Shown: positions 10,133 through 19,627 of the stretch, in pieces | How the letters are laid out: the number at the start of each line of letters is the position of its first letter | How positions within the stretch are numbered: position 1 is the stretch's first letter | Source: Mediterranea massiliensis | GTDB lineage: Bacteria; Bacteroidota; Bacteroidia; Bacteroidales; Bacteroidaceae | Direction of reading: 5' to 3' | NCBI GenBank assembly: GCA_015060695.1 | Contig: SUYA01000008.1 | Span: 18,742 to 82,741 of the forward strand | Length of the DNA stretch: 64,000 bases | The notes under the pieces: model-generated | What the model was told of the DNA's origin: nothing | Seen by the model: only the letters and a program-made list of their open reading frames with translations | Database searches by the model: none | Position numbers and translations under genes: made by a program

Positions 10133-13100
10133 ATTTCTTTTAATTTGCTGCGATTGGTTGATAGATAACTATAAATTGCCGGAACAATGTACATAGTGAG
10201 TAAGGTAGATATTAACATTCCTCCCACGACGGCTGTACCCATGGCTATACGCTGATTAGAACCTTCTCCTGTGGCAAATGCCAAAGGAATAAGGCCTAAC
10301 ACAGTAGAAGCACTGGTCATTAGGATTGGACGTAAACGTTGTAGTCCAGCTTCTTGGATGGCACGCATCTTGTTGATTCCTTCATCTTGTTTCTGATTAG
10401 CAAATTCTACAATTAAGATGCCGTTCTTGGCTACTAATCCTATGAGCATGATTATACCGATTTGGCTGAAAATATTCATGGTAATATCGGAAAAATACAT
10501 GAATATTAAAGCACCGGCAATAGCTAAAGGTACTGTCAGCATGATTACCAAAGGATCTTTGAAACTTTCGAATTGAGCGGCTAGAATAAGATAAATTAAT
10601 ACAATTGCCAGGACAAATGCGAACATCAAACTTGAAGAACTTTCTCGATATTCTTTTGACTCACCTGATAGGGCTGTACGGAATGTTTCATCCAATACTT
10701 CGCTAGCTATTTTGTCCATTTCATCCAAACCTTGGCCAATTGTTTTTCCTTGAGCCAATCCAGCTGAGATGGTGGCTGAAACGAAACGATTATAACGGTA
10801 TAGCTTGGGTGGAGCGATGCTTTCTTCTAATTCTATTAAGTTGTCGAGTTGCACCATTTCTCCGTTGCTGTTACGAATATATATACCTCGTAGGTCGGAA
10901 GGCTTGTTTCGTTGTTGTCTGTTTATTTCACCCAATATTTCGTATTGTTTTCCATTCATGTAAAAGTAGCCCATGCGTTGACCACTTAACCCGTATTGTA
11001 GTGTTTGGGCAATGTTGCGGGTACTTACTCCCATAATGCTTGCTTTGTCTCGATTGATGTTTATGCGAGCTTCTGGTTTGCTAAACTTCAAATCTACATC
11101 GGCCATCTGAAATGTTGGATTCTCGTAAACGCGGGTTAAGAATATGGGTAATACTTCTTGCAGTTTCTCTAAGTTTGTAGCTTGTAATACATATTGTATC
11201 GGCATGCCACCTCTACGGCCACCAAAAGAAGAAGATTGTTGTACAAAGGCACGGGCTTTAGTTTTTTTCTGTACAGCCTTTGAAAGTTCTTCTGCAACTG
11301 ACATTTGTGAATAGTTACGTTCTTTCATATCTTTCAGCGTTATTTGGACACTACCACTTCCGCTTGATACTCGTGCTGTAACAGATTTTGCATCGGGTAC
11401 TAAAGAGTCAACTAACTGATTGATGTTTTCTGTATAGTCGCGGATGTATTCATAAGTAATTCCTTCGGCTCCCCGTGTATTGATGTTAATTCGTGAACGG
11501 TCTTCCAATGGTGCCATTTCAGCAGGAATGGTGTTCCAAAGATAGCTGATTAGAAGTAGGGTGATAATGGTTATGGGAAATGCTATCCAACGCTTTTCTA
11601 AAAAGATTTGTAATGAACGGCTATACATACTGTTCATACCTTCAAAGAAAGGTTCCGTTTTCCGATAAAACCAATTTTGTTTTTCACGTTTTACTAATAA
11701 TTTTGTGGCAAGCATGGGAGTGAAGGTCAGTGCTGCAAATGAAGAGATGATAACGGCTCCTGATACAACAATGCTAAACTCACGGAATAGTCGACCTGTG
11801 GTTCCTTCCATAAATACAATAGGAAAGAATACGGCAACTAATGTAATGGTAGTTGATATAACAGCAAAGAAAATCTCTTTTGCACCTTCGATACCAGCTT
11901 CCTTAGGACGCATGCCTCGTTCGATACGCACATAAATGTTTTCAGTCATTACAATAGCATCATCCACCACTAGTCCTACGGCTAAAACAACGGCTAACAT
12001 GGAAAGTACATTGATGGAGAAACCAGCTAAATACATGACGAAGAAAGAACCTATGAGTGATACTGGTATTACGATGCAAGGAACTAGTGTAACACGCCAA
12101 TCACGAAGGAAAAGGAATATAATGATGATGACTAAAATGAATGCTTCGTAAACAGTTTTCTTTACTTCGTTGATGGAAGCACGAATGAATTTTGTATTAT
12201 CGAAACCATAGCTATAGGTAACGTCCTCTGGTAAATCTTTTTTCATACGTTCCATACGCTCATAAACAGCATCTGCAATTTCAATATGGTTGGCACCGGG
12301 TTGAGGTACTACAACTACGCCAATCATTGGTACCCCATTCATTTTCATATAGCTGCGAATGTCGGCAGGGCCTAATTCTGCTCTACCAATGTCACTAAAG
12401 CGTATAACTCGATTACCATCTTTTTTTAAAATCAAATTGTTGAACTCTTCGGCAGTATGCATTAATCCCAATGTACGAATCGTCAATTCAGTGGTGTTCC
12501 CTTCGATACTACCGGAGGGAAGTTCTACATTTTCTTGGTCGACAGCGTTTTTAACATCGGTGGGAGTGATGCCATAACCGGACATTTTTGCAGGATCTAA
12601 CCAAAGACGCATGGAGTAGCGCTTTTCTCCCCAGATATTTACACCGCTAACGTCAGAGATAGTTTGCAATTGTTCCTTTACTGTGAGGTCGGCAATTTCG
12701 CTCAGTTCTAATAATGACCGCTTATCGCTTTGTAAAGCTACCATTAAGATTGGCATAGCATCGGCATCAGCTTTTGATACAGTTGGTGGATCACAGTCTC
12801 TAGGCAACCAGCGTTGGGCACGCGAAACTTTGTCACGTACATCATTGGCGGCAGTTTCTAAATCAACAGAAAGTTCGAATTCAACAGTAATGCGTGATGA
12901 ACCTTGTTGACTTACGCTGGATAAAGATCGTATTCCGGGAATACCATTTATGTTTTGTTCTAATGGTTCGGTAATTTGGTTTTCAATAACATCTGCATTA
13001 GCTCCTGCATATGAACAGGATACTGATATGATGGGATTATCAACCGAGGGATATTCTCGAACTCCAAGATAATTGTAACCGATGACACCAAAAAGTACAA

Positions 13101-13161
13101 TGATAAGTGTCAATACGGTGGCAAGTACCGGACGTCGTATGCTAAGTTCTGATATATTCAT
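10129..13161 (-). CDS. RND efflux permease (AcrB/AcrD/AcrF family)
   Basis: Motifs GLVVDDAIV, AKNGILIVEF and RLRPILMT. ATG at 13161 (MNISELSIRRP) is preferred over the TTG at 13170. Confidence 0.95.
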   Translation of the reverse strand: MNISELSIRRPVLATVLTLIIVLFGVIGYNYLGVREYPSVDNPIISVSCSYAGANADVIENQITEPLEQNINGIPGIRSLSSVSQQGSSRITVEFELSVDLETAANDVRDKVSRAQRWLPRDCDPPTVSKADADAMPILMVALQSDKRSLLELSEIADLTVKEQLQTISDVSGVNIWGEKRYSMRLWLDPAKMSGYGITPTDVKNAVDQENVELPSGSIEGNTTELTIRTLGLMHTAEEFNNLILKKDGNRVIRFSDIGRAELGPADIRSYMKMNGVPMIGVVVVPQPGANHIEIADAVYERMERMKKDLPEDVTYSYGFDNTKFIRASINEVKKTVYEAFILVIIIIFLFLRDWRVTLVPCIVIPVSLIGSFFVMYLAGFSINVLSMLAVVLAVGLVVDDAIVMTENIYVRIERGMRPKEAGIEGAKEIFFAVISTTITLVAVFFPIVFMEGTTGRLFREFSIVVSGAVIISSFAALTFTPMLATKLLVKREKQNWFYRKTEPFFEGMNSMYSRSLQIFLEKRWIAFPITIITLLLISYLWNTIPAEMAPLEDRSRININTRGAEGITYEYIRDYTENINQLVDSLVPDAKSVTARVSSGSGSVQITLKDMKERNYSQMSVAEELSKAVQKKTKARAFVQQSSSFGGRRGGMPIQYVLQATNLEKLQEVLPIFLTRVYENPTFQMADVDLKFSKPEARININRDKASIMGVSTRNIAQTLQYGLSGQRMGYFYMNGKQYEILGEINRQQRNKPSDLRGIYIRNSNGEMVQLDNLIELEESIAPPKLYRYNRFVSATISAGLAQGKTIGQGLDEMDKIASEVLDETFRTALSGESKEYRESSSSLMFAFVLAIVLIYLILAAQFESFKDPLVIMLTVPLAIAGALIFMYFSDITMNIFSQIGIIMLIGLVAKNGILIVEFANQKQDEGINKMRAIQEAGLQRLRPILMTSASTVLGLIPLAFATGEGSNQRIAMGTAVVGGMLISTLLTMYIVPAIYSYLSTNRSKLKEI

Positions 13162-13166
13162 AGGGC

Positions 13167-14251
13167 TCAATCGATATTATCCAATGTGACGTTCAATCCG
13201 GTACGTAGTTGCAATGTTCCTGAAGTAATAATGGTATCTCCTTCTTGTAACCCATGTAATACTTGTACTTCTTTCTCTGTACGGATTCCGGTAATTAAAT
13301 GACAGGTTGTGCCTTGCCGTTCTTATAAAGAAATACTTTATCTTTTCCCATTTCGGGAATGATGGCTTCTGAAGGAATTGCTATTGCATTTTCAATTTCG
13401 TCTTTGACTAAATGAATGCTAACATAGCGTCCGGGTAGAATGGCACCATTATTGTTTGGATAGAGTGCACGTATGGTTAATGTATGAGTTTCTTCATCAA
13501 TCTTTGATTCACGAGCATAAACTTTGGCGTGAAGGGGTTCGAGTTTGCCTTCAAGATTAAAACTTAAATTAGCTCCTATTTTTATGTCATTAGCATGACG
13601 TTCGGGGATAGAGAATTCTACTTTTAATGGTGATACTTTGGTTAAAGTAGCAACGATTGTAGATGGAGATGCAAAAGCTCCGATACTGATTTGGCGCAAG
13701 CCGATGATGCCATCAAAAGGAGCACGTAATTCAGTCTGTTGTATGTTTGCTTTTACTAAATCAATGTCTGCATTCAAAGTTGCTAAATTGGTCTTTACCT
13801 GTTCGTAGGCTTCTTTGCTGACTGCATCTTTTTTGAGAAGGGTGTTCTGACGGAATACACGGTCTTCTGCAAGTTTTAATTGTGCTACCAATCGCTGAAG
13901 CTGTGCTTGGAGTGGTTTGTCATTAACTTTAGCCAATAATTGCCCCTTTTTTACAAAAGTTCCTTCCTCAAAGTTGATTTCAGTAATTTTCCCAGAAGCT
14001 TCAAAAGATAAGTTTACTTCTTCATCGGGTAACAACTTTCCGCTGATAGGTGGTATTTCATCTTTAAGTAATTGTGGTTTAATGATTTTAGCATTTACAT
14101 TAAGGGCTTTGTTGCGTGTTTTACTTCCAGTCATGATTTTATCTGCAGCCATTAATTCTTTGTTGGTTTTGGGGAGCTGGCTATATATGCCTCCTACAAT
14201 TAATACAGCACCTATTCCTATAATGATGCCCCATTTGATTTTTTTGTTCAT
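13167..14251 (-). pseudogene. RND periplasmic adaptor (MFP) with a 1-nt frameshift near 13297 (pseudogene or sequencing error)
   Basis: The ORF stops at ...KAQPVI* (13295). The typical MFP tail ITGIRTEKEVQVLHGLQEGDTIITSGTLQLRTGLNVTLDNID* continues in the -1 frame to TGA at 13167, 5 nt before the RND ATG. Confidence 0.85.
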
Positions 14252-14344
14252 TCAGTAGTCTTTATATAATAATGTGTAATATCTTTTTTTTTGATGTAAA
14301 TATGAAAGGATAGTTTAAGTAAGCATGGTTAAAGGTTGTTAATA

Positions 14345-15280
14345 TTAGTATCCGGTTCTGTATTTCCCTTCATCCTTGTCATCTAGCATACTCAGGTATG
14401 ATGTGTAGCGCGATGTACTGATGAAGTGCTCTTCTACTGCTTGTCGAACGGCACATCCCGGTTCGTGACGATGTGTACAATTGCTATATCGACAATTGAC
14501 TGATGCTTTGAATATTTCGGGGAAGTAGTGACTGATTTCTTCTTCTTCCATGTCGAAGGTACCGAATCCTTTGATGCCTGGGGTGTCGATGAGAAATCCA
14601 TTGTTTGCTACGGAAAACATTTCAGAAAAAGTGGTAGTGTGCATCCCTTTTTTATGGTAAGCTGATATTTCTCCGGTTTTGGCGGATGCTGCGGGGAGAA
14701 TGGCGTTGATGAGTGTAGATTTTCCCACCCCCGAATGTCCAGAAAAGAGTGTGACTTTTCCTTCAAGTTCTTTTATGATTGTACTAACTCCTATGCATTG
14801 TTTAGCTGATACTTTGAAGCAGGGGTAGCCAATAGAGGTATAGAGTTGGATTAGTGCATCGAGGTAGGTCTTTTCTTCTTTGTTGTAGGTATCTATCTTA
14901 TTAAAAATAATTTTTACCGGAACTTGATAGGCTTCGGCAGAAGCTAAGAAGCGGTCAATGAAAGTGGTGGATGTTTCCGGATAGTTTATGGTGACTATCA
15001 GCATGCATTGGTCGAGGTTGGCGGCAATGATGTGGCTTTGTTTGGATAGGTTGGATGCCCGGCGAATGATGTAGTTCTTGCGGTCTTCTATTTCTGTGAT
15101 GAAGGCTGTGCCTTCTTGATTTCGAATGATGTGTACATAGTCGCCTACGGCTATGGGGTTGGTGCTACGTATGCCTTTTAGACGAAAATTTCCTTTAATT
15201 TTGCATTCAATGTCTTCTTTGGTATCGGTACGTACCAGATACCAACTTCCTGTGTTTTTTATGACAAGACCGCGCTCCAT
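14345..15280 (-). CDS. rsgA: Small ribosomal subunit biogenesis GTPase RsgA
   Basis: Circularly permuted GTPase ([20 protein letters not shown]) with the zinc finger [14 protein letters not shown]. Confidence 0.96.
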   Translation of the reverse strand: MERGLVIKNTGSWYLVRTDTKEDIECKIKGNFRLKGIRSTNPIAVGDYVHIIRNQEGTAFITEIEDRKNYIIRRASNLSKQSHIIAANLDQCMLIVTINYPETSTTFIDRFLASAEAYQVPVKIIFNKIDTYNKEEKTYLDALIQLYTSIGYPCFKVSAKQCIGVSTIIKELEGKVTLFSGHSGVGKSTLINAILPAASAKTGEISAYHKKGMHTTTFSEMFSVANNGFLIDTPGIKGFGTFDMEEEEISHYFPEIFKASVNCRYSNCTHRHEPGCAVRQAVEEHFISTSRYTSYLSMLDDKDEGKYRTGY

Positions 15281-15315
15281 ATTATTTGCTTTGATTTGGT
15301 GATATCTTTATGTAC

Positions 15316-15347
15316 AAATACGCCAACAGTAGGATGTTGGCGTATTT
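15316..15347 (-). terminator. Stem-loop between frr and rsgA
   Basis: AAATACGCCAACA-gtagga-TGTTGGCGTATTT. Confidence 0.6.
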
Positions 15348-15372
15348 ATGTAAATGGATATCCATGTAAGAA

Positions 15373-15933
15373 CTATACAGTCAAGATTTCTTTTTCTTTG
15401 GCTGCATACATATCGTCAATTTGTTTGATGAATTTGTCATGCAACTTTTGTAGTTTTTCTTCACCACCCTTTTGTGCATCTTCAGCTAAGCCTTCTTTTA
15501 CGGCTTTCTTCAAAGCATCAATAGTATCACGACGGGCATTGCGTACACTTACCTTGGCTGTTTCGGCTTCGCCTTTGCATTGTTTAGCTAATAGTTTGCG
15601 GCGTTCTTCGGTCAGAGGCGGGATGCCGATGCGGATAATCTCACCATTGTTTTCGGGCATAATGCCGAGTGGAGAGTCGATGATTGCCTTTTCAATAATG
15701 CGGAACATACTTTTGTCCCAAGGCTTGATAGCAATGCTACGAGCATCGGGAGTTGTTACGGCAGCAACATTGTTGATGGGTACCATGCTTCCATAAGAGT
15801 CAACACGAATGCCGTCTAATAGGCGTACGTCGGCCTTGCCGGCACGGATGTGTGCCAAGGCATCGTCCAAATACATGATGGCCATATCCATCTTATCTTG
15901 GGCTTCGCTTAAAATTTCTTTTACGTCTTTCAT
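15373..15933 (-). CDS. frr: Ribosome recycling factor
   Basis: Motifs IRAGKA, PPLTEERRK and VRNARRD. Confidence 0.97.
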   Translation of the reverse strand: MKDVKEILSEAQDKMDMAIMYLDDALAHIRAGKADVRLLDGIRVDSYGSMVPINNVAAVTTPDARSIAIKPWDKSMFRIIEKAIIDSPLGIMPENNGEIIRIGIPPLTEERRKLLAKQCKGEAETAKVSVRNARRDTIDALKKAVKEGLAEDAQKGGEEKLQKLHDKFIKQIDDMYAAKEKEILTV

Positions 15934-15956
15934 AAGATATATAAATCAAAATTAGT

Positions 15957-16667
15957 TTAATTATGTACCAATGTGCCGATGTTTTCGCCACTCATTACTT
16001 TTTTAAGGTTGCCTACAGTGTCCATGTCGAATACGATAATGGGCAGGTTGTTTTCTTTGCACATGCAGGTTGCTGTCAAATCCATTACTTTTAGCCCTCG
16101 TTTCAATACTTCGTCGTAGGTGATGTCGTCAAATTTAGTAGCTGTCGGGTCTTTTTCCGGGTCAGCAGTATAGATGCCATCAACCCGAGTACCTTTCAGC
16201 ATGACGTCGGCCTCAATCTCAATGCCTCGCAATGATGAGCCGGTATCTGTGGTGAAAAACGGATTACCTGTACCTGCCGACATTATTACTACCTCACCGT
16301 TCTCCATAGCATCTATGGCTTTCCACTTGCTATAGAATTCACCGATAGGTTCCATACGAACAGCTGTCAGTACGCGGGCTTTGACGCCTGCGGCTACCAA
16401 TGCGGAACTAAGAGCCAGACTGTTGATGACCGTTGCCAGCATACCCATCTGATCACCCTTTACACGGTCGAATCCTTTATTGGCACCACTCAATCCTCGG
16501 AAGATGTTGCCTCCGCCAATTACGATGCCAATCTGTACACCCATTTCATGTATTTCTTTGATTTGGGCTGCATATTCGGCCAGTCGTTTTTCATCAATGC
16601 CATATTGCTTTTCGCCCATCAAACTTTCGCCACTGAGCTTCAGTAAGATTCTTTTATAGTTAGCCAT
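15957..16667 (-). CDS. pyrH: UMP kinase
   Basis: Motifs KLSGE, GGGNIFRG and GNPFFTTD. Confidence 0.98.
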   Translation of the reverse strand: MANYKRILLKLSGESLMGEKQYGIDEKRLAEYAAQIKEIHEMGVQIGIVIGGGNIFRGLSGANKGFDRVKGDQMGMLATVINSLALSSALVAAGVKARVLTAVRMEPIGEFYSKWKAIDAMENGEVVIMSAGTGNPFFTTDTGSSLRGIEIEADVMLKGTRVDGIYTADPEKDPTATKFDDITYDEVLKRGLKVMDLTATCMCKENNLPIIVFDMDTVGNLKKVMSGENIGTLVHN

Positions 16668-16695
16668 ATTCTTATTACTTTTTCGTTTGTTTTTG

Positions 16696-16703
16696 CAAAC
16701 ATA
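16696..16703 (-). promoter_or_regulatory. -7 promoter element for pyrH-frr
   Basis: TATGTTTG on the minus strand, 28 nt upstream of the ATG. Confidence 0.6.
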
Positions 16704-16778
16704 CTAAAAATATCTCGAAACTTGCTATATAAGTGCAATTATTTCTTTTCGAGGCTGTATGGGTACATTGTTTTATTT

Positions 16779-16815
16779 ACCCTTTATGGAAAAATAATTT
16801 TTCCTTTACGGAAAA
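16779..16815. repeat. Two imperfect TTCC-N5-GGAA palindromic units 22 bp apart
   Basis: CCTTTATGGAAAA at 16781 and CCTTTACGGAAAA at 16803. Confidence 0.55.
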
Positions 16816-16820
16816 TATAT

Positions 16821-17105
16821 ATGTAAGTTTAGCAATCAGCATGGGTTACTTTTTTTGAAAGAAAATCAAAGGCCATCAGCAAATGTCTGTCTCTTTGATG
16901 GACATGCGTTACATTTAGTTGACAGGTAAATGATTTTGCTGTTGTTATTTGTATGCTTAGATTGTGGCGTCTTTTAATATATTGATAATTAAGCATGTAA
17001 GTCTTGTTTGTTAAGTTGTTCAACTACCTATAGGTAGTTAGCCGATTACCTATAGGTAGTTGGTTCACTACTTATAGGTAGTTGCTCTTCTACCTATAGG
17101 TAAAT
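16821..17105. repeat. Dispersed non-coding element, copy 1: four 18-bp palindromes at a 22-bp period plus a conserved flank with an IHF-like box
   Basis: Units at 17022, 17044, 17066 and 17088 (consensus AACTACCTATAGGTAGTT). The reverse complement aligns with 40277-40515. Confidence 0.92.
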
Positions 17106-17108
17106 CGT

Positions 17109-17142
17109 ATAGATGGAGAAATCAGATTTCTCCATCTATTTT
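17109..17142 (+). terminator. Perfect 15-bp inverted repeat followed by T's on the plus strand
   Basis: ATAGATGGAGAAATC-a-GATTTCTCCATCTAT-TTT. Confidence 0.6.
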
Positions 17143-17230
17143 GCTTATTACTTTTAGGATTGGATGTTGTTTAGTGGCTATTAAAGGATTCCTTTATTAT
17201 CTTTTTCCACATATCACAACAAATCTTATT

Positions 17231-18526
17231 TTATAAGCGACGGCTTAACAATGTTTGTACAATGCCGCGAGTTAGTAAATAGCTGATGAAAGCTAACCAA
17301 AGGGCATGATTCCCTAAGTTATTGCTAAATAGGAAATATAGCAGGAAGTAAATAGTGGTTGCACAGAGCATGGAGAATAGCATGCCACGGGTGTAGGTGC
17401 ACCCAATGTAGATGCCGTCCCATACGAAAGCAGCCATTCCGGCTATAGGGATGGCAACGGCCCATGGGAAGTAGTCGGTTGAGGCACTTATCACCGATTG
17501 TTCGTTGGTAAGCAGATTCAAGAAACTTTCACCTCCTATTAGGTATAATAGGGTAAATAGCAGAGTTGCCATTCCACCCCATGCAAAGAGGTGACGAATG
17601 CTTTGTTGTAATCTCATCCTATTCCCTTCGCCTAAATAGCGACCGGCTAATGCCTCGCCAGCATAGGCAAATCCGTCCATAATGTAAGAGTAGAGGGTAA
17701 ATAATTGCATTAATAAAGTATTGACTGCTAATATTACTTCGCCTTTTGAGGCACCGGTTGCGGTGAAGAATAAAGTAACGGAAACTAAACAAAGGGTGCG
17801 AAGAAATATATCGCGATTTACTTGGAAGAATCGGATCAATGCTCCTCTCTCCCATATAGTTTTCCCTCTCAACAGGCAGATGTCCGAAGGCTTGTAATAG
17901 TATTTGATATATAGGAAGATGGCCATGATAAAGCCGGCATATTGTGCAATCAGTGTGCCTAAAGCCACACCTTCGACCTTCATTTTAAAGAGATATACTA
18001 AGCAGAGGCTTGTCGCAATGTTTACAATGTTTTGACTGATGGCAATCCACATGGGTAACTTGCTATTTTGCATGCCAATAAACCATCCTGTCAAACTATA
18101 CAATCCCAACATGGCCGGTGCTCCCCAAATGCAGATATGAAAATAAGTAGTAGCTTGTGAAACAACTTCGGGAGTGGCGTGAATAAGACTGAACGTAGCT
18201 TGTCGGATAGGCGTTTGGAGGAGAAGCAGTAGTAGGGAGATGCCAATACCTACTCCCAATGAACGGAATAGAAGTAATTGGGTTTCAACTCTGTTATTGG
18301 CACCATAGGCCTGCGAAGTCATACCACTTGTACCCATTCGTAAAAAGCCGAACACCCAGTAGATAAGATTAAACATCATACTTCCAACGGCAATGGCACC
18401 AATATACGTTGCTGCCCCTAAATGTCCTACAATGGTAACATCAATCAAGCCCAATAAGGGTACGGTTATATTAGATACAATCGAAGGCCATGCTATGTTC
18501 CATATTTCCTTATCAATACTCTTCAT
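17231..18526 (-). CDS. MATE family efflux transporter (DinF-like)
   Basis: Motifs PLLGLIDVTIVGHLG, FLRMGTSG and DGFAYAGEALAG. Start moved to MKSIDKEIW to avoid overlap with birA. Confidence 0.92.
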   Translation of the reverse strand: MKSIDKEIWNIAWPSIVSNITVPLLGLIDVTIVGHLGAATYIGAIAVGSMMFNLIYWVFGFLRMGTSGMTSQAYGANNRVETQLLLFRSLGVGIGISLLLLLLQTPIRQATFSLIHATPEVVSQATTYFHICIWGAPAMLGLYSLTGWFIGMQNSKLPMWIAISQNIVNIATSLCLVYLFKMKVEGVALGTLIAQYAGFIMAIFLYIKYYYKPSDICLLRGKTIWERGALIRFFQVNRDIFLRTLCLVSVTLFFTATGASKGEVILAVNTLLMQLFTLYSYIMDGFAYAGEALAGRYLGEGNRMRLQQSIRHLFAWGGMATLLFTLLYLIGGESFLNLLTNEQSVISASTDYFPWAVAIPIAGMAAFVWDGIYIGCTYTRGMLFSMLCATTIYFLLYFLFSNNLGNHALWLAFISYLLTRGIVQTLLSRRL

Positions 18527-18545
18527 TTGTTCTTGGTGATGGAAG

Positions 18546-19295
18546 TTATAATATATATTGCACCTCTTTGAATAGATAATTTCGTTCACATCCCGATTCA
18601 TCTCTTAATACAAATCGACCATCAGGTTCTACCCGAAGTAATTCGGCCATAAAAATACCATTGACATCTTGGTAGGGATGAAAACCGTTGCGTCTGAAAA
18701 GAGAATTAAAATACTTTTCTTCAATAGCCATACTACTTTGAGGCGATTCAGATAAATGATTGTAATATTGTTTAATACGCGATAATATCCCTTTCAATAT
18801 AAGTTCTGTAGAATAATCTTTATTAGTAATTTGTTTGAGAGAAACCGGATTGGGGGCATTACTAATAAATGTTTCTTGATTAATATTGAGCCCAACGCCA
18901 CATATGCAATATTTGATGTGATGTCCTTGCAATGTATTCTCAATCAGAATGCCGCATATTTTTCTCTCTTTCCAATAAATATCATTTGGCCATTTAATGT
19001 ATATATCGGAAGTGTAAGTGTCCAATTCCTCTTTGATGGCCAACGAAATCAATTGCGAAAGAATGAACTGTTCTTTCACTTTTAAAAAAGAAGGGTAAAG
19101 AAGCAGGCTAAAAAGCAGGTTCTTGCCTTTCTCCGATTCCCAACTATTCCCACGTTGCCCTTTACCTGCTGTTTGGTAAATAGACGTTACAGTAGTAAAT
19201 TCTTTTAATGTATCCTCCTTCTCTTCGCAAAGTTGAGAAAGATATCGGTTCGTAGAATCGGTTTCTTGAAGTCTAATTATCGGAAATGAAGCCAT
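18546..19295 (-). CDS. birA: Biotin--[acetyl-CoA-carboxylase] ligase (no HTH domain)
   Basis: Motifs DSTN, QTAGKGQRGNSW, KWPNDI and KICGIL. Probable ATG at 19295. Confidence 0.93.
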   Translation of the reverse strand: MASFPIIRLQETDSTNRYLSQLCEEKEDTLKEFTTVTSIYQTAGKGQRGNSWESEKGKNLLFSLLLYPSFLKVKEQFILSQLISLAIKEELDTYTSDIYIKWPNDIYWKERKICGILIENTLQGHHIKYCICGVGLNINQETFISNAPNPVSLKQITNKDYSTELILKGILSRIKQYYNHLSESPQSSMAIEEKYFNSLFRRNGFHPYQDVNGIFMAELLRVEPDGRFVLRDESGCERNYLFKEVQYIL

Positions 19296-19386
19296 AAAAT
19301 CAATATTTTCTGATTGAAAAGACAAAATTACACTTTTTCTGTTTTGTTTTTACAAGAAGTAAACTTAAATTTGCACTATCATATAA

Positions 19387-19626
19387 ATGAATATGAGGAA
19401 AAGAGACAAAAAAAACATAAACCTCCTGCACGAGAAGTCAAAACGTCATCAACGTATAGTGTGTTTGATGAGTGAAGATGAATTGCGTATTGTTGACCGT
19501 TATTTAGAAAAATATAAAATAACCAACAAATCGCGTTGGTTTCGCGAAACCATCCTCATGTTTATTCATAAGAATATGGAAGAAGATTATCCTACATTAT
19601 TTGGAGAACACGATATGAGGCGTTGA
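19387..19626 (+). CDS. Conserved hypothetical small protein (possible ribbon-helix-helix)
   Basis: 79 aa ORF ending 1 nt before tadA, with a beta-helix-helix-like pattern. Confidence 0.7.
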   Translation: MNMRKRDKKNINLLHEKSKRHQRIVCLMSEDELRIVDRYLEKYKITNKSRWFRETILMFIHKNMEEDYPTLFGEHDMRR

Positions 19627-19627
19627 T

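Noticed and set aside
14284-14292. T9 tract upstream of the efflux operon as a phase-variation switch
   Set aside because: A tract of this length is unremarkable in AT-rich intergenic DNA and is not placed between recognisable promoter boxes.
16829-17023. 64-aa ORF within element copy 1
   Set aside because: It has a TTG start, and copy 2 lacks ~46 bp here and does not preserve the reading frame.
17022-17105. CRISPR array interpretation of the palindrome arrays (also 40277-40360 and 60864-60985)
   Set aside because: Spacers are only 4-8 nt and are conserved between copies, and no cas genes are present.
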